DNA of 64,000 bases. Source: Candidatus Fermentibacteraceae bacterium. GTDB lineage: Bacteria; Fermentibacterota; Fermentibacteria; Fermentibacterales; JCC-6. Below are positions 9,220-17,368 of the stretch, one piece after another. The notes under the pieces are model-generated. The model was not told where the DNA came from. It searched no databases and saw only the letters and a program-made list of their open reading frames with translations. Every line of letters starts with the position of its first letter. The stretch's first letter is position 1. The position numbers and the translations under genes are program-made. The DNA lies in NCBI GenBank assembly GCA_046485185.1, contig JAWOHL010000041.1, positions 3,299-67,298 of the forward strand, in the 5' to 3' direction.

Positions 9220-9669
9220 CGGGCAACCCCCTTCAGTACGTTTCTGTTTCCCTGAACCGGCAAGGTTTGAAGAATAGCAAATTAGATTGCGGGGGCAAGT
9301 GCGGAACACTTACATAAAGGAGTGCCATGAACGGGCTGGTCAGGGGTGGGGGTACAGAGTGCTTGTCTCAGGAGAACCGGGCGAGTAAAGCACCCATGCC
9401 CTGCCTCCCGGGTGGAACACCGGCAGGGGATTCTGCAGGGTCTGTACGCTTCCCGCAAAGCGCTGCCCCTCGACCGTGTACCCTTCTTCATTCACTGTTA
9501 CCTTCACCTTGTCCGTTTCCTTCCCCCGTCAGGCCGTTCCGGTTGACAATGACAGTGTTATATGGCGTTTTTATCCCCGACCGCCCACGAACCCCTGAGA
9601 GATGCACCGTCACCACGGAGGCGGCTGATTTGTTATGTTTTTGCATTGTTGGAAGGCCGGAGGGTGTTC

Positions 9670-10470
9670 ATGCCGCACATGATCGCAGGGATCCTTGTCC
9701 TTATACTGCTGGCGCTGGAGGAAGTCCTTTTCCAGTCACTGATCCGGAGGGGAGTCATCCGCAAAGCCCTTCTGGCGCCCGAGGACCGGTCCGATGCTGA
9801 AATCAGTGGCCTCAGGATGCTGGAGCGCCTCAGGATGGTCCAGCTCGCGGGTCTTGCTCTGTTACTGGTTCAACTTGACACGACCACCCATCGTCTGCTC
9901 CCGAACGTTTCGGGACAGATGGCCATGACCGCCATGGCCCTCCAGCTGTTTCGCATGCTGGGGCGCCAGGTTCTCCGTCACTGGTCCGTTCTGGGGGAGA
10001 TGCAGGTCTTTCAATCCGTTTTCATCATTCTGAGCCTTCTCAGATCGCCTGCCGGTTCCGGTGTTCCCGGCAGCAACTGGTTCACTGCTTTTTCTCTCGG
10101 ATTGGTGTTTCTCAGGGCTCTTAACGCCACCGCGCTGGCCTTCTCGGTCACCTACGCCGCCAGGGCGCTTTTCAGGGAAAACAGCAGCATGTTCAAAAGC
10201 AACCCTCCCATGGCATTCTCCGACTACTGGGCGGGAAGGGTCTGCACGGCATGCATACCTTTCGCCCTGATCGCAGTCGGCGCAATGTTCGCAGGAGGGA
10301 TCGGTGATCTTTCCTTCAGACTTCACCTGATCGTTTCCGTTCTCCTTGTGATTGCCACATGTGTGGTCTTCGGGGTAAAAAAACCGCATCATCCAGCGGC
10401 ACACGTTCTCATCGCGCTTTCGACCCTGGCGCTCCTTTACTCCACATTGTCGGGCTTTCCAGGTGTCTGA
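9670..10470 (+). CDS. Polytopic membrane protein, unknown function
   Basis: About 7 hydrophobic segments. GGAGGG lies 6 nt before ATG 9670. The stop overlaps the GTG start of the downstream radical SAM gene by 8 nt. Confidence 0.55.
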   Translation: MPHMIAGILVLILLALEEVLFQSLIRRGVIRKALLAPEDRSDAEISGLRMLERLRMVQLAGLALLLVQLDTTTHRLLPNVSGQMAMTAMALQLFRMLGRQVLRHWSVLGEMQVFQSVFIILSLLRSPAGSGVPGSNWFTAFSLGLVFLRALNATALAFSVTYAARALFRENSSMFKSNPPMAFSDYWAGRVCTACIPFALIAVGAMFAGGIGDLSFRLHLIVSVLLVIATCVVFGVKKPHHPAAHVLIALSTLALLYSTLSGFPGV

Positions 10471-12253
10471 ACCGCAAACCCTGCTTATCCAGCTTCCGCT
10501 GCATCCGGGCTGTGGTTTCGAACCCACCGGAAACATTCCGCTGGCTCCCGCAAGGCTGGCAGCGGCGGCGGGGCTTCCCCTGGACAGCGTTGTTCCCGGG
10601 GAGCTGTGCGACAGCCTCTCCGATTCCGAGATCCTGTCCATGGTCACGGCACGCGGACCCCGGGTCGTCGTGTTCACCCTTTACATGTGGAACGCGGAGA
10701 GAAGCGCCTGGCTCGCTGCTGAGATAAGGAAAGCCCTTCCCGGTGTTTTCGTTTTGGGCGGCGGCCCTGAAGTCACGCAGGACAACCTGTGGCTAAGGGA
10801 ATCCGGGGCTTTCAACCTGCTCGTTGAGGGAGAGGGCGAAAGCTTCGCGACGAACCTGGGGAACGTACCTCAACTGTTGAAGCTTGCCGAAACCCTGTCG
10901 GGGTTCACATCAACGGGAAAATGCACGTTTTTGCCGGACCACTGGCCCGACCCCTACTTCACCGGACACCTGGAAGGCTCCGGTGACCTCCCGGCACACA
11001 TCGAAACTGTGCGGGGATGCCCGCACCATTGCGCTTACTGCGCTTACCGGCGCATCTGCCCCCAACCGCGTGTTTCCCCCGCAGCAGCGGTCCTCAGAAA
11101 CCTCAAGAGACACCGCGGAGCCGGGCGGTCTGAGTTCGTCTTCCTCGATCCCACGTTCAACGGAAGGAGTGACCTCGCCGGGCTGCTTGCGGGAATGCGC
11201 GGAATGGGGCTGTCGTGCTTCGCCGAGGTCAGGGCGGGCCTCGCGAACCTCGACCCGTCAGCACTGGCCGTGGCAGGCTTCCACTCGGTCGAGGTGGGTC
11301 TGCAGACGACGAACCGCCGCGTGCTGCAGGCAATGGGCCGCCATGACGATCCCGGGAGAACCCTGATGGGTGCGGTCGAACTGAAGAACGCGGGGGTCGA
11401 ACCGATAGTCGACCTCATCTTCGGACTCCCCGGTGATTCACCCGAACGCATACTGGAAGCCGGCGAAAGGCTCGTGAGCCTGGGACTGGGGAAGAGCGTT
11501 CAGGCATTCTACCTCTCGGTTCTTCCCGGTACACTGCTGAGAGAAATGGCCGATGGCATCGGCCTTGAGTTCATGGACCGTCCACCGTACTGGGTGACCG
11601 GCCTTCCGGGGCTGACCCTCGATCATCTGGCCTGCGCCCGCGACGAACTCGGTTCCGTTCTCGGCTTCGATCTGGACATGGAGCCCCGGCCCGTTCTCTG
11701 CCGCGACTGGCCGCACACGACGCTGCTCGACCTTGACAGCCCCTTTGAACCCGTTTTTTCTGGACGCCATTCAGTACTGAGGGTCAGGGGCGAAAGGCTC
11801 TGGGAACGGCGGCACAGTATCATCTCCGCCGCGGAAAAAAGGTTCAGGACGGATCCGTACTGTGTTCTGGATGTTGTTATCGAGGCTTCCGGGGCATTCC
11901 CCGTAGACCTTCCGGCCCTTGTCTCGGCAATAACCCGCCCCCGGGACTACATTGACAGAACCGCCTCGGTGCTCGGTCGCCAGGGCAGGCTCCGAACCAC
12001 GGTCATCGCCGCTTTCGATGCCGACCCCGGCTGGCTTTCGGCATGCTCACAGGAATCTCTGGTCGTCGTTCCATGGAACAGACCCGGGCAGGTCCCCTCC
12101 GACCTTCTCGAGCACGACATCGGGCTGCTCATTGAAGGCTTTCCCGAGCTTTCAGCCCTTGCCGAAACATTCTCAGCCTTCAGTGAGCAGCTCTTTTTCA
12201 GCGAGATGCGGATGGAGCGGCTGTGGTGCCAGGAGGTCCTCGATCTGGGATAA
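10463..12253 (+). CDS. B12-binding-domain radical SAM protein
   Basis: N-terminal Rossmann-like B12-binding region (VVVFTLYMWN...VLGGGPEVT) followed by GCPHHCAYCAY (CxxxCxxC). 596 aa. Confidence 0.8.
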   Translation: MSEPQTLLIQLPLHPGCGFEPTGNIPLAPARLAAAAGLPLDSVVPGELCDSLSDSEILSMVTARGPRVVVFTLYMWNAERSAWLAAEIRKALPGVFVLGGGPEVTQDNLWLRESGAFNLLVEGEGESFATNLGNVPQLLKLAETLSGFTSTGKCTFLPDHWPDPYFTGHLEGSGDLPAHIETVRGCPHHCAYCAYRRICPQPRVSPAAAVLRNLKRHRGAGRSEFVFLDPTFNGRSDLAGLLAGMRGMGLSCFAEVRAGLANLDPSALAVAGFHSVEVGLQTTNRRVLQAMGRHDDPGRTLMGAVELKNAGVEPIVDLIFGLPGDSPERILEAGERLVSLGLGKSVQAFYLSVLPGTLLREMADGIGLEFMDRPPYWVTGLPGLTLDHLACARDELGSVLGFDLDMEPRPVLCRDWPHTTLLDLDSPFEPVFSGRHSVLRVRGERLWERRHSIISAAEKRFRTDPYCVLDVVIEASGAFPVDLPALVSAITRPRDYIDRTASVLGRQGRLRTTVIAAFDADPGWLSACSQESLVVVPWNRPGQVPSDLLEHDIGLLIEGFPELSALAETFSAFSEQLFFSEMRMERLWCQEVLDLG

Positions 12254-12258
12254 GCAGA

Positions 12259-12282
12259 GGGGGCGGGCCGAAGCCCGCCCCC
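12259..12282. terminator. Bidirectional GC-rich hairpin between convergent genes
   Basis: Perfect 10-bp stem gggggcgggc / gcccgccccc with a cgaa loop, located between stop 12253 (+) and stop 12300 (-). Confidence 0.65.
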
Positions 12283-12299
12283 AGTGATACACCGGCCGT

Positions 12300-14282
12300 C
12301 TAGCGTCCGAGGATCTCGAACTCGATGCGGCGGTTCTGTGCCTTGTTGGCGGGGCTGGTGTTGGGAACTATGGGTCTTTCCTCACCGGCACCGATGCTGC
12401 TGAGGTGGCTGGCGGGAACACCCTTGCCGACAAGGTAGTTGAACACGGACTGAGCCCTGCGCTCGCTGAGGCCCTGGTTGTAGCTGTTGCTGCCGTCGCT
12501 GTCGGTGTGGCCGACGATGCGAACCCTGATGCCCTCGTTGGCAAGAAGGGTCTGGGCGACGTTGTCGAGGATGGAGAAGCTCTCGGGTTTGATGTTGGAG
12601 CTGTCGAAGTCGAAGTAGATGTTGTTGAAGACGAGAACCTGGCCCTCGACGAGTTCGGGGCGCATCTGGATGTCCTGGATGACTGTCTGGTCAGCGAGAA
12701 CGGTCACGCGGCGGGTTACGGTGATGAAGCCCGGGGCTTCGGACTTGAGCGTCCAGGTGCCTTCGGGAAGCTCAAGGCTGTAAACGCCGTGGACATCGCA
12801 CATCGTGCTGCCGTCGTAGCCCGCGGGAAGGTCGGGGATGCTGATGCTGGCGCGAAGGATTTCCTGGGTTTCGCCATTGGTGACGGTACCGGTGAGGATA
12901 CCGTTGCCGGGAACCGGCTGCATCGCGAAGTCGCGGGTGATGCTCTGCCCGGCAGCGATCACCACGGTTTCGTTCATGGGGACATAGCCGTCAGCAGTGA
13001 CCTGCACCGGCACTGAACCGGCAGGAAGCTTGACGGTGTAGAAACCCTGGGTCGTGGAAATGGGCATTATGGTGGTGGCGGGGAAGCTGACCTGGGCGTA
13101 GAGCAACTCACCGGTTGTGGCGTCGGTTACGATACCGCTCAGGGTGCCCTTGGTGGGGCTTTCAAGAAGGTCGGACGAGAACATGAGGTTCACGCCGAAA
13201 CCGTAGTCAGCCGGATAGCCCATGGGGAACGGAGCTCTGGCGGCGCGTTCTTCTTCCGTGGGGTTCTGGCCGGACTGGTAGAGGTCGTGGCCAAGGTCGG
13301 ACCATTCAGGGTCGAAGTTCCTGATGCTCATGGTGCCCACGATGTCGAGGGCCATGCCGAAGTTGCTTGTGAAGCGGAAACCGCCTGTGGCCACACCGAG
13401 ATCGTCGTAGCGTTCGCCGTTGCCATCCATTTCTTCGCGGTCGAGGAAAATGCGCCAATCGGCCTCAGCAAAGGGGGTAACGAACCTTGTCTTGTACTCG
13501 AGGCCAAATCCCAGTACGATGACATTGTCCTTGACTTCGATGTTGACATCCTGGGTGGCGATGACATCGCCATCGTTGTCGAAGCGACGGTCAGTGTATT
13601 CGAACTTCTGGCTGTAGAGGTGGTAGCCGACGTTGCCGTGCACACCAAGTCCGAAATCGGAGTTGTAGCTCATGAGAGCATTTACCCCATAGTACATCTC
13701 GGCTTCCGGAATCATTGAACGGCGCATTCTGAACATGGGCTCATCAAGAACCCAGATGCCGTCGTAACCATCATAGTTCTGCACGTAGGGGCTGTCGCCG
13801 CCGTTGTAGACCTTGAAGCCGATAAGCGGCATGGCGCCAAGCCAGAACTGGCCGTCAGCGGTGGGGTTGAAGCCGGCCTTGAGAGTGCCGACTGCGTTGG
13901 TTATGCCGTCGTCCTCTTCCCATTCGCCGGTATTGGCGGCACGCATTGGATTGTCGAGGTCGCGCTGCAGGCCGTTGTAGACATAGCCCACACGAGCGGC
14001 GATCTCGATCATGTCGTTGATGCCGTAGGCCATGGTGAAGTAGCCCGTAACATCCTGTTCCATGTCTTCGACCATGAATTCTGTGTCACCGAAGACTGCG
14101 AGCCTCTCATCATGAGAAATGCCGTTGTGCAGGAAGACTCCCATAGCGAACTGGTTGATGCCGATGGGCTGTGCGTCAACCACTCTGTTAAGGCCGCGAA
14201 GGCCCCAGTAGGATGGAAGTGCAGTAGCTGTCCCGGAAACTACCAGGAGCAGAACCACACACAGAGTAACTTTTGATCTCAT
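12300..14282 (-). CDS. Large OmpA-family outer-membrane protein (barrel + 2 carboxypeptidase-regulatory-like domains + OmpA C-terminal domain)
   Basis: Signal peptide. Two segments (GTLSGIVTDATTGELL.. and GILTGTVTNGETQEIL..) look like CarboxypepD_reg folds. C-terminus is NIYFDFDSSNIKP...IVGHTDSDGSNSYNQGLSERRAQSV...NRRIEF. Confidence 0.8.
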   Translation of the reverse strand: MRSKVTLCVVLLLVVSGTATALPSYWGLRGLNRVVDAQPIGINQFAMGVFLHNGISHDERLAVFGDTEFMVEDMEQDVTGYFTMAYGINDMIEIAARVGYVYNGLQRDLDNPMRAANTGEWEEDDGITNAVGTLKAGFNPTADGQFWLGAMPLIGFKVYNGGDSPYVQNYDGYDGIWVLDEPMFRMRRSMIPEAEMYYGVNALMSYNSDFGLGVHGNVGYHLYSQKFEYTDRRFDNDGDVIATQDVNIEVKDNVIVLGFGLEYKTRFVTPFAEADWRIFLDREEMDGNGERYDDLGVATGGFRFTSNFGMALDIVGTMSIRNFDPEWSDLGHDLYQSGQNPTEEERAARAPFPMGYPADYGFGVNLMFSSDLLESPTKGTLSGIVTDATTGELLYAQVSFPATTIMPISTTQGFYTVKLPAGSVPVQVTADGYVPMNETVVIAAGQSITRDFAMQPVPGNGILTGTVTNGETQEILRASISIPDLPAGYDGSTMCDVHGVYSLELPEGTWTLKSEAPGFITVTRRVTVLADQTVIQDIQMRPELVEGQVLVFNNIYFDFDSSNIKPESFSILDNVAQTLLANEGIRVRIVGHTDSDGSNSYNQGLSERRAQSVFNYLVGKGVPASHLSSIGAGEERPIVPNTSPANKAQNRRIEFEILGR

Positions 14283-14334
14283 GAACCCCTCCTTCTAAAA
14301 GAAGCGCTGTTGAAAAAGGCAACTGCGCAAATGG

Positions 14335-14363
14335 ACTATACAACAGGCTCCCCCAAAAAGCAA
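14335..14363 (-). promoter_or_regulatory. Sigma70-like promoter for the OmpA-family gene
   Basis: On the minus strand: TTGCTT, exactly 17 nt, then TATAGT. About 46 nt upstream of ATG 14282, which has an AAGGAGGGG SD. Confidence 0.5.
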
Positions 14364-14392
14364 ATTACTCCCCCGATGTCCTCCCTGCGCGC

Positions 14393-15007
14393 CTATCTTG
14401 TGAACTTATCCCGGATGGCTTTAGGAACAGGCATTTTCCTGTCCCAAGCCATAGGAATTCTTCCTTCCTCCATGTGAAGCACTTCCCTGCCGACCTTGTG
14501 GCCGAACTCGAATGTCTGGAGGTTAAGCTCGATGAAGCGGGGCGGAACAGTGCACTTGATTGCGCTTGTCCAGGTTTCCAGGGCGAAGTACCGGGTGAGG
14601 CCCGCCAGCATTCCCAGGGCCATGAGGTTCGCGGCGATGGCCTTTCCGGTGATCTCGATGCACCTGGACGTGAAGGGGAACTCGTAGACCCTTCCTTCGG
14701 GAAGCTGGTCGACGAAGGTTGAGTCCACGATGATCATTCCACCCGCCCTCACATTGCACGCGAACCTGTCGGTGCTGGCCTGGTTCATGGCAAGTAAAAC
14801 ATCAAGCTCGCGGCACTCGGGGTAAAGGATCTCCTTCACGGAGATGATCACATCGGTTCGGCTCGCTCCACCCCTTGCCTCGGGGCCGTAGCTCTGGGTC
14901 TGGCAGACGAACATTCCCTCGAGGATGGCTGCCTGGGAGAGGATCCTCCCGGCGAGGCCAAGCCCCTGACCGCCGGACCCCGAAAGCCTTGTTTCGGTGT
15001 ACTTCAT
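14393..15007 (-). CDS. 2-oxoacid:ferredoxin oxidoreductase, gamma subunit
   Basis: SGSGGQGLGLAGRIL...QSYGPEARGGASRTDVIIS is the typical POR/KOR gamma signature. 4-nt overlap with the beta subunit gene. Confidence 0.85.
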   Translation of the reverse strand: MKYTETRLSGSGGQGLGLAGRILSQAAILEGMFVCQTQSYGPEARGGASRTDVIISVKEILYPECRELDVLLAMNQASTDRFACNVRAGGMIIVDSTFVDQLPEGRVYEFPFTSRCIEITGKAIAANLMALGMLAGLTRYFALETWTSAIKCTVPPRFIELNLQTFEFGHKVGREVLHMEEGRIPMAWDRKMPVPKAIRDKFTR

Positions 15008-15849
15008 TCTCCGCTCACCCCCACGGCGGCCTGTTCGCAGAGCCGTGCGTAACGGGCGGTGTACCCTTCATGATCCTCGCGGTCCATGAATACCCCTCTC
15101 ACCGTCTTGCCCACCCTCTCCTCAGGGGGGAGCTTCTCCGCCTGCACCTGTGTGATCGTGCTGTCGCGAAGGCTTTCCATCATCTTCACGGCGTCTCCGA
15201 GGCGGTTGGCCCTGCCGAAATTGGTCGGGCACGGCGCAAGCACTTCCACCACGCTGAAACCTGGCTTCTCGAGGGCGCCGGCGATGAGTTTGTCGAGCTC
15301 CATGACATGGTAGACCGTACCCCTGGCCACATACACGGCCCCCGCCCCCTGGGCGAGCGAGCATATGTCGAAGCCCGGTTCCATCATCCCGTAGGGTGTG
15401 GTTGCGGTGAATGCGCCTGCGGGTGTGGTCGGGGAGAACTGCCCGCCGGTCATTCCGTAGTTGCTGTTGTTGACTATGATGGTCGTTATCTCGATGTTGC
15501 GCCTGGCGGAGTGGATCAGGTGGTTGCCGCCTATGGCAAGGGCATCGCCGTCACCCATCACGGCAATGACCTTCAGGGCCGGGTTGGCAAGCTTGGCGCC
15601 GGTACCGAACGCAAGCGCCCTTCCGTGAGTTGTGTGAAGGGTGTTGAAATCAAGGTATACCGGCATTCTGCTGGTGCAGCCTATCCCGGAGACCAGGAGT
15701 ATGTCGTTCATGTCCCAGTTCATGGAGTCAACGGCCCTGATGATCGAGCCCATGACTATCCCGATCCCGCAACCGGGGCACCACACATGGGGAAACTTCT
15801 TCTTATACCTCAGGTAAATGTACTCGTAGGGAAGATGCGCCGCCATCAC
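15004..15849 (-). CDS. 2-oxoacid:ferredoxin oxidoreductase, beta (TPP-binding) subunit
   Basis: WCPGCGIGIV, GIGCTSR, GDGDALAIGGNHLIHSARRN (TPP motif). Confidence 0.9.
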   Translation of the reverse strand: MMAAHLPYEYIYLRYKKKFPHVWCPGCGIGIVMGSIIRAVDSMNWDMNDILLVSGIGCTSRMPVYLDFNTLHTTHGRALAFGTGAKLANPALKVIAVMGDGDALAIGGNHLIHSARRNIEITTIIVNNSNYGMTGGQFSPTTPAGAFTATTPYGMMEPGFDICSLAQGAGAVYVARGTVYHVMELDKLIAGALEKPGFSVVEVLAPCPTNFGRANRLGDAVKMMESLRDSTITQVQAEKLPPEERVGKTVRGVFMDREDHEGYTARYARLCEQAAVGVSGE

Positions 15850-16991
15850 GACACCTCCATGACCTTCGAGACGATCTGCTCGGGAGTTATGCCGTACCCG
15901 TCGTAACGCTGCATGGGCACGACCCGGACGCTGTCGGCGGTAAGCCTTTCCACCTCGTGAATGAGCTGCCCCTGGTTCAACTCGCAGACCACAATGACAT
16001 CCTTGTTGTCAAGCTTCTCCTTCACGGTCCTGTCCGGGAAGGGCCAGATCGTGACGGGTCGGAAGACCCCTATCTTCTTCTTCTTTTTCGCAAGGATATC
16101 GCGGGCAGCCATGGCGCTGCGGAAAACAGAGCCATAAGCGAACACCACTACCCTGCTCTCGTCCACACCGTATATCTCGTTCTGTTCGAGGTCATCGAGC
16201 CTTCTGGTGATCTTCTGTTTAAGGCGGTTCATCTTGGGCACGACCTCGTCGATGCGCCGGGTGGGGAACCCGTGGACATCGTGGGTCAGCCCCGTTACAT
16301 GGAACCGGTAGCCCCTGCCGAAGCGGGCCATGGGGCTGACGCCGGACGCGGTCTGGTGGTAGTGCTCGTACCACTCGACGGGAACATTGGGTTCGGAGAG
16401 GGGAAGGATCTCGAGCTCATCTTTCCCGGGGAAGGTGAACCTCTCCCTCATGTGTCCGATGATCTCGTCGGGAAGAAGGATCACAGGTGTCCTGAAGCTC
16501 TCCGCAAGGTTGAACGCCCTTATCGAGAGATTGAAGCACTCAGCCACCGAGCAGGGAGCCAGCGCTATCACAGGATGGTCGCCGTGGGTTCCCCAGCGTG
16601 CCTGCATCACATCTCCCTGGCTCACCTGGGTGGGAAGACCGGTTGAAGGTCCCGCCCTCATGACATTGACGATAACGATTGGCACCTCGGTCATGCATGC
16701 GTAACCAAGCCCCTCCTGCATGAGGCTGAATCCGGGGCCGCTGGTTGCTGTCATGACCCTGGCGCCAGCGAGGCTCGCGCCGATTATGGCGCTCACGCTG
16801 GCTATCTCATCCTCCATCTGGATCCATTTGCCGCCGGCAAGGGGCATCTCACGGGCGAGGATCTCCGCAACCTCGGTGGAAGGTGTGATGGGGTATCCGG
16901 CGAAAAAGTCTATACCCGCGGCAAGGGCGCCGAGCGCAACGGCTTCGTTGCCCTGTACAAGCCTGGTTTCTCCCCAGGGAACTCCGCTCAT
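15846..16991 (-). CDS. 2-oxoacid:ferredoxin oxidoreductase, alpha subunit
   Basis: GNEAVALGALAAG..FAGYPITPSTE..., SGPGFSLMQEGLGYA. Coupled by 4-nt overlaps on both sides. Confidence 0.9.
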   Translation of the reverse strand: MSGVPWGETRLVQGNEAVALGALAAGIDFFAGYPITPSTEVAEILAREMPLAGGKWIQMEDEIASVSAIIGASLAGARVMTATSGPGFSLMQEGLGYACMTEVPIVIVNVMRAGPSTGLPTQVSQGDVMQARWGTHGDHPVIALAPCSVAECFNLSIRAFNLAESFRTPVILLPDEIIGHMRERFTFPGKDELEILPLSEPNVPVEWYEHYHQTASGVSPMARFGRGYRFHVTGLTHDVHGFPTRRIDEVVPKMNRLKQKITRRLDDLEQNEIYGVDESRVVVFAYGSVFRSAMAARDILAKKKKKIGVFRPVTIWPFPDRTVKEKLDNKDVIVVCELNQGQLIHEVERLTADSVRVVPMQRYDGYGITPEQIVSKVMEVS

Positions 16992-17290
16992 CTCTCACCG
17001 TCCTTTCCCTCGTTGCGTTTGTCCTCAGCCTTACGGGTGTTTCCGTAGACCGAAACGGCGAAATCAGGGCATCTCCTGGCGCACAGGTAGCACCTGATGC
17101 ACTTTTCGGGATGCGCCACATGGGCCTTCTGATCCTTGCCCATCTCAAGAACCTGTTTCGGGCAGAAGGCCACACAGATTCCGCAGCCTTTGCACCACTC
17201 GGGGAAGATGTGTACCGAAGTAGCTTCAGGTTCCGGAAACTGAGCCTTCTCCATCTTGGCGTTCCGCCCGGCTTCGGGCTTGTCGGACAT
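16988..17290 (-). CDS. 2-oxoacid:ferredoxin oxidoreductase, delta subunit (2x[4Fe-4S] ferredoxin)
   Basis: CKGCGICVAFCP and CIRCYLCARRCP. Start taken at MSDKPEAG (GGAGG SD); the ORF-track start 17311 is also possible. The D-A-B-gamma order matches Oor/Kor-type enzymes; substrate is unresolved. Confidence 0.8.
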   Translation of the reverse strand: MSDKPEAGRNAKMEKAQFPEPEATSVHIFPEWCKGCGICVAFCPKQVLEMGKDQKAHVAHPEKCIRCYLCARRCPDFAVSVYGNTRKAEDKRNEGKDGER

Positions 17291-17318
17291 GGGTCCGCAC
17301 CTCCGGTTCATGCAGGTT

Positions 17319-17340
17319 GAGGCAGGGCGAACCCTGCCTC
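17319..17340 (-). terminator. GC-rich hairpin after the COG2403-type gene (no U-tract)
   Basis: Perfect 9-bp stem gaggcaggg / ccctgcctc with a cgaa loop, between stop 17369 and the oxidoreductase operon start. Confidence 0.4.
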
Positions 17341-17368
17341 ATCGTTATTCGCCTCCGCGTACTGCGGT

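Noticed and set aside
9543-9566. A perfect TTGACA followed by TATATG upstream of the membrane-protein gene, considered as a sigma70 promoter.
   Set aside because: The spacer between the hexamers is only ~10 nt, and no acceptable -10 element sits at 16-18 nt. I did not annotate it.
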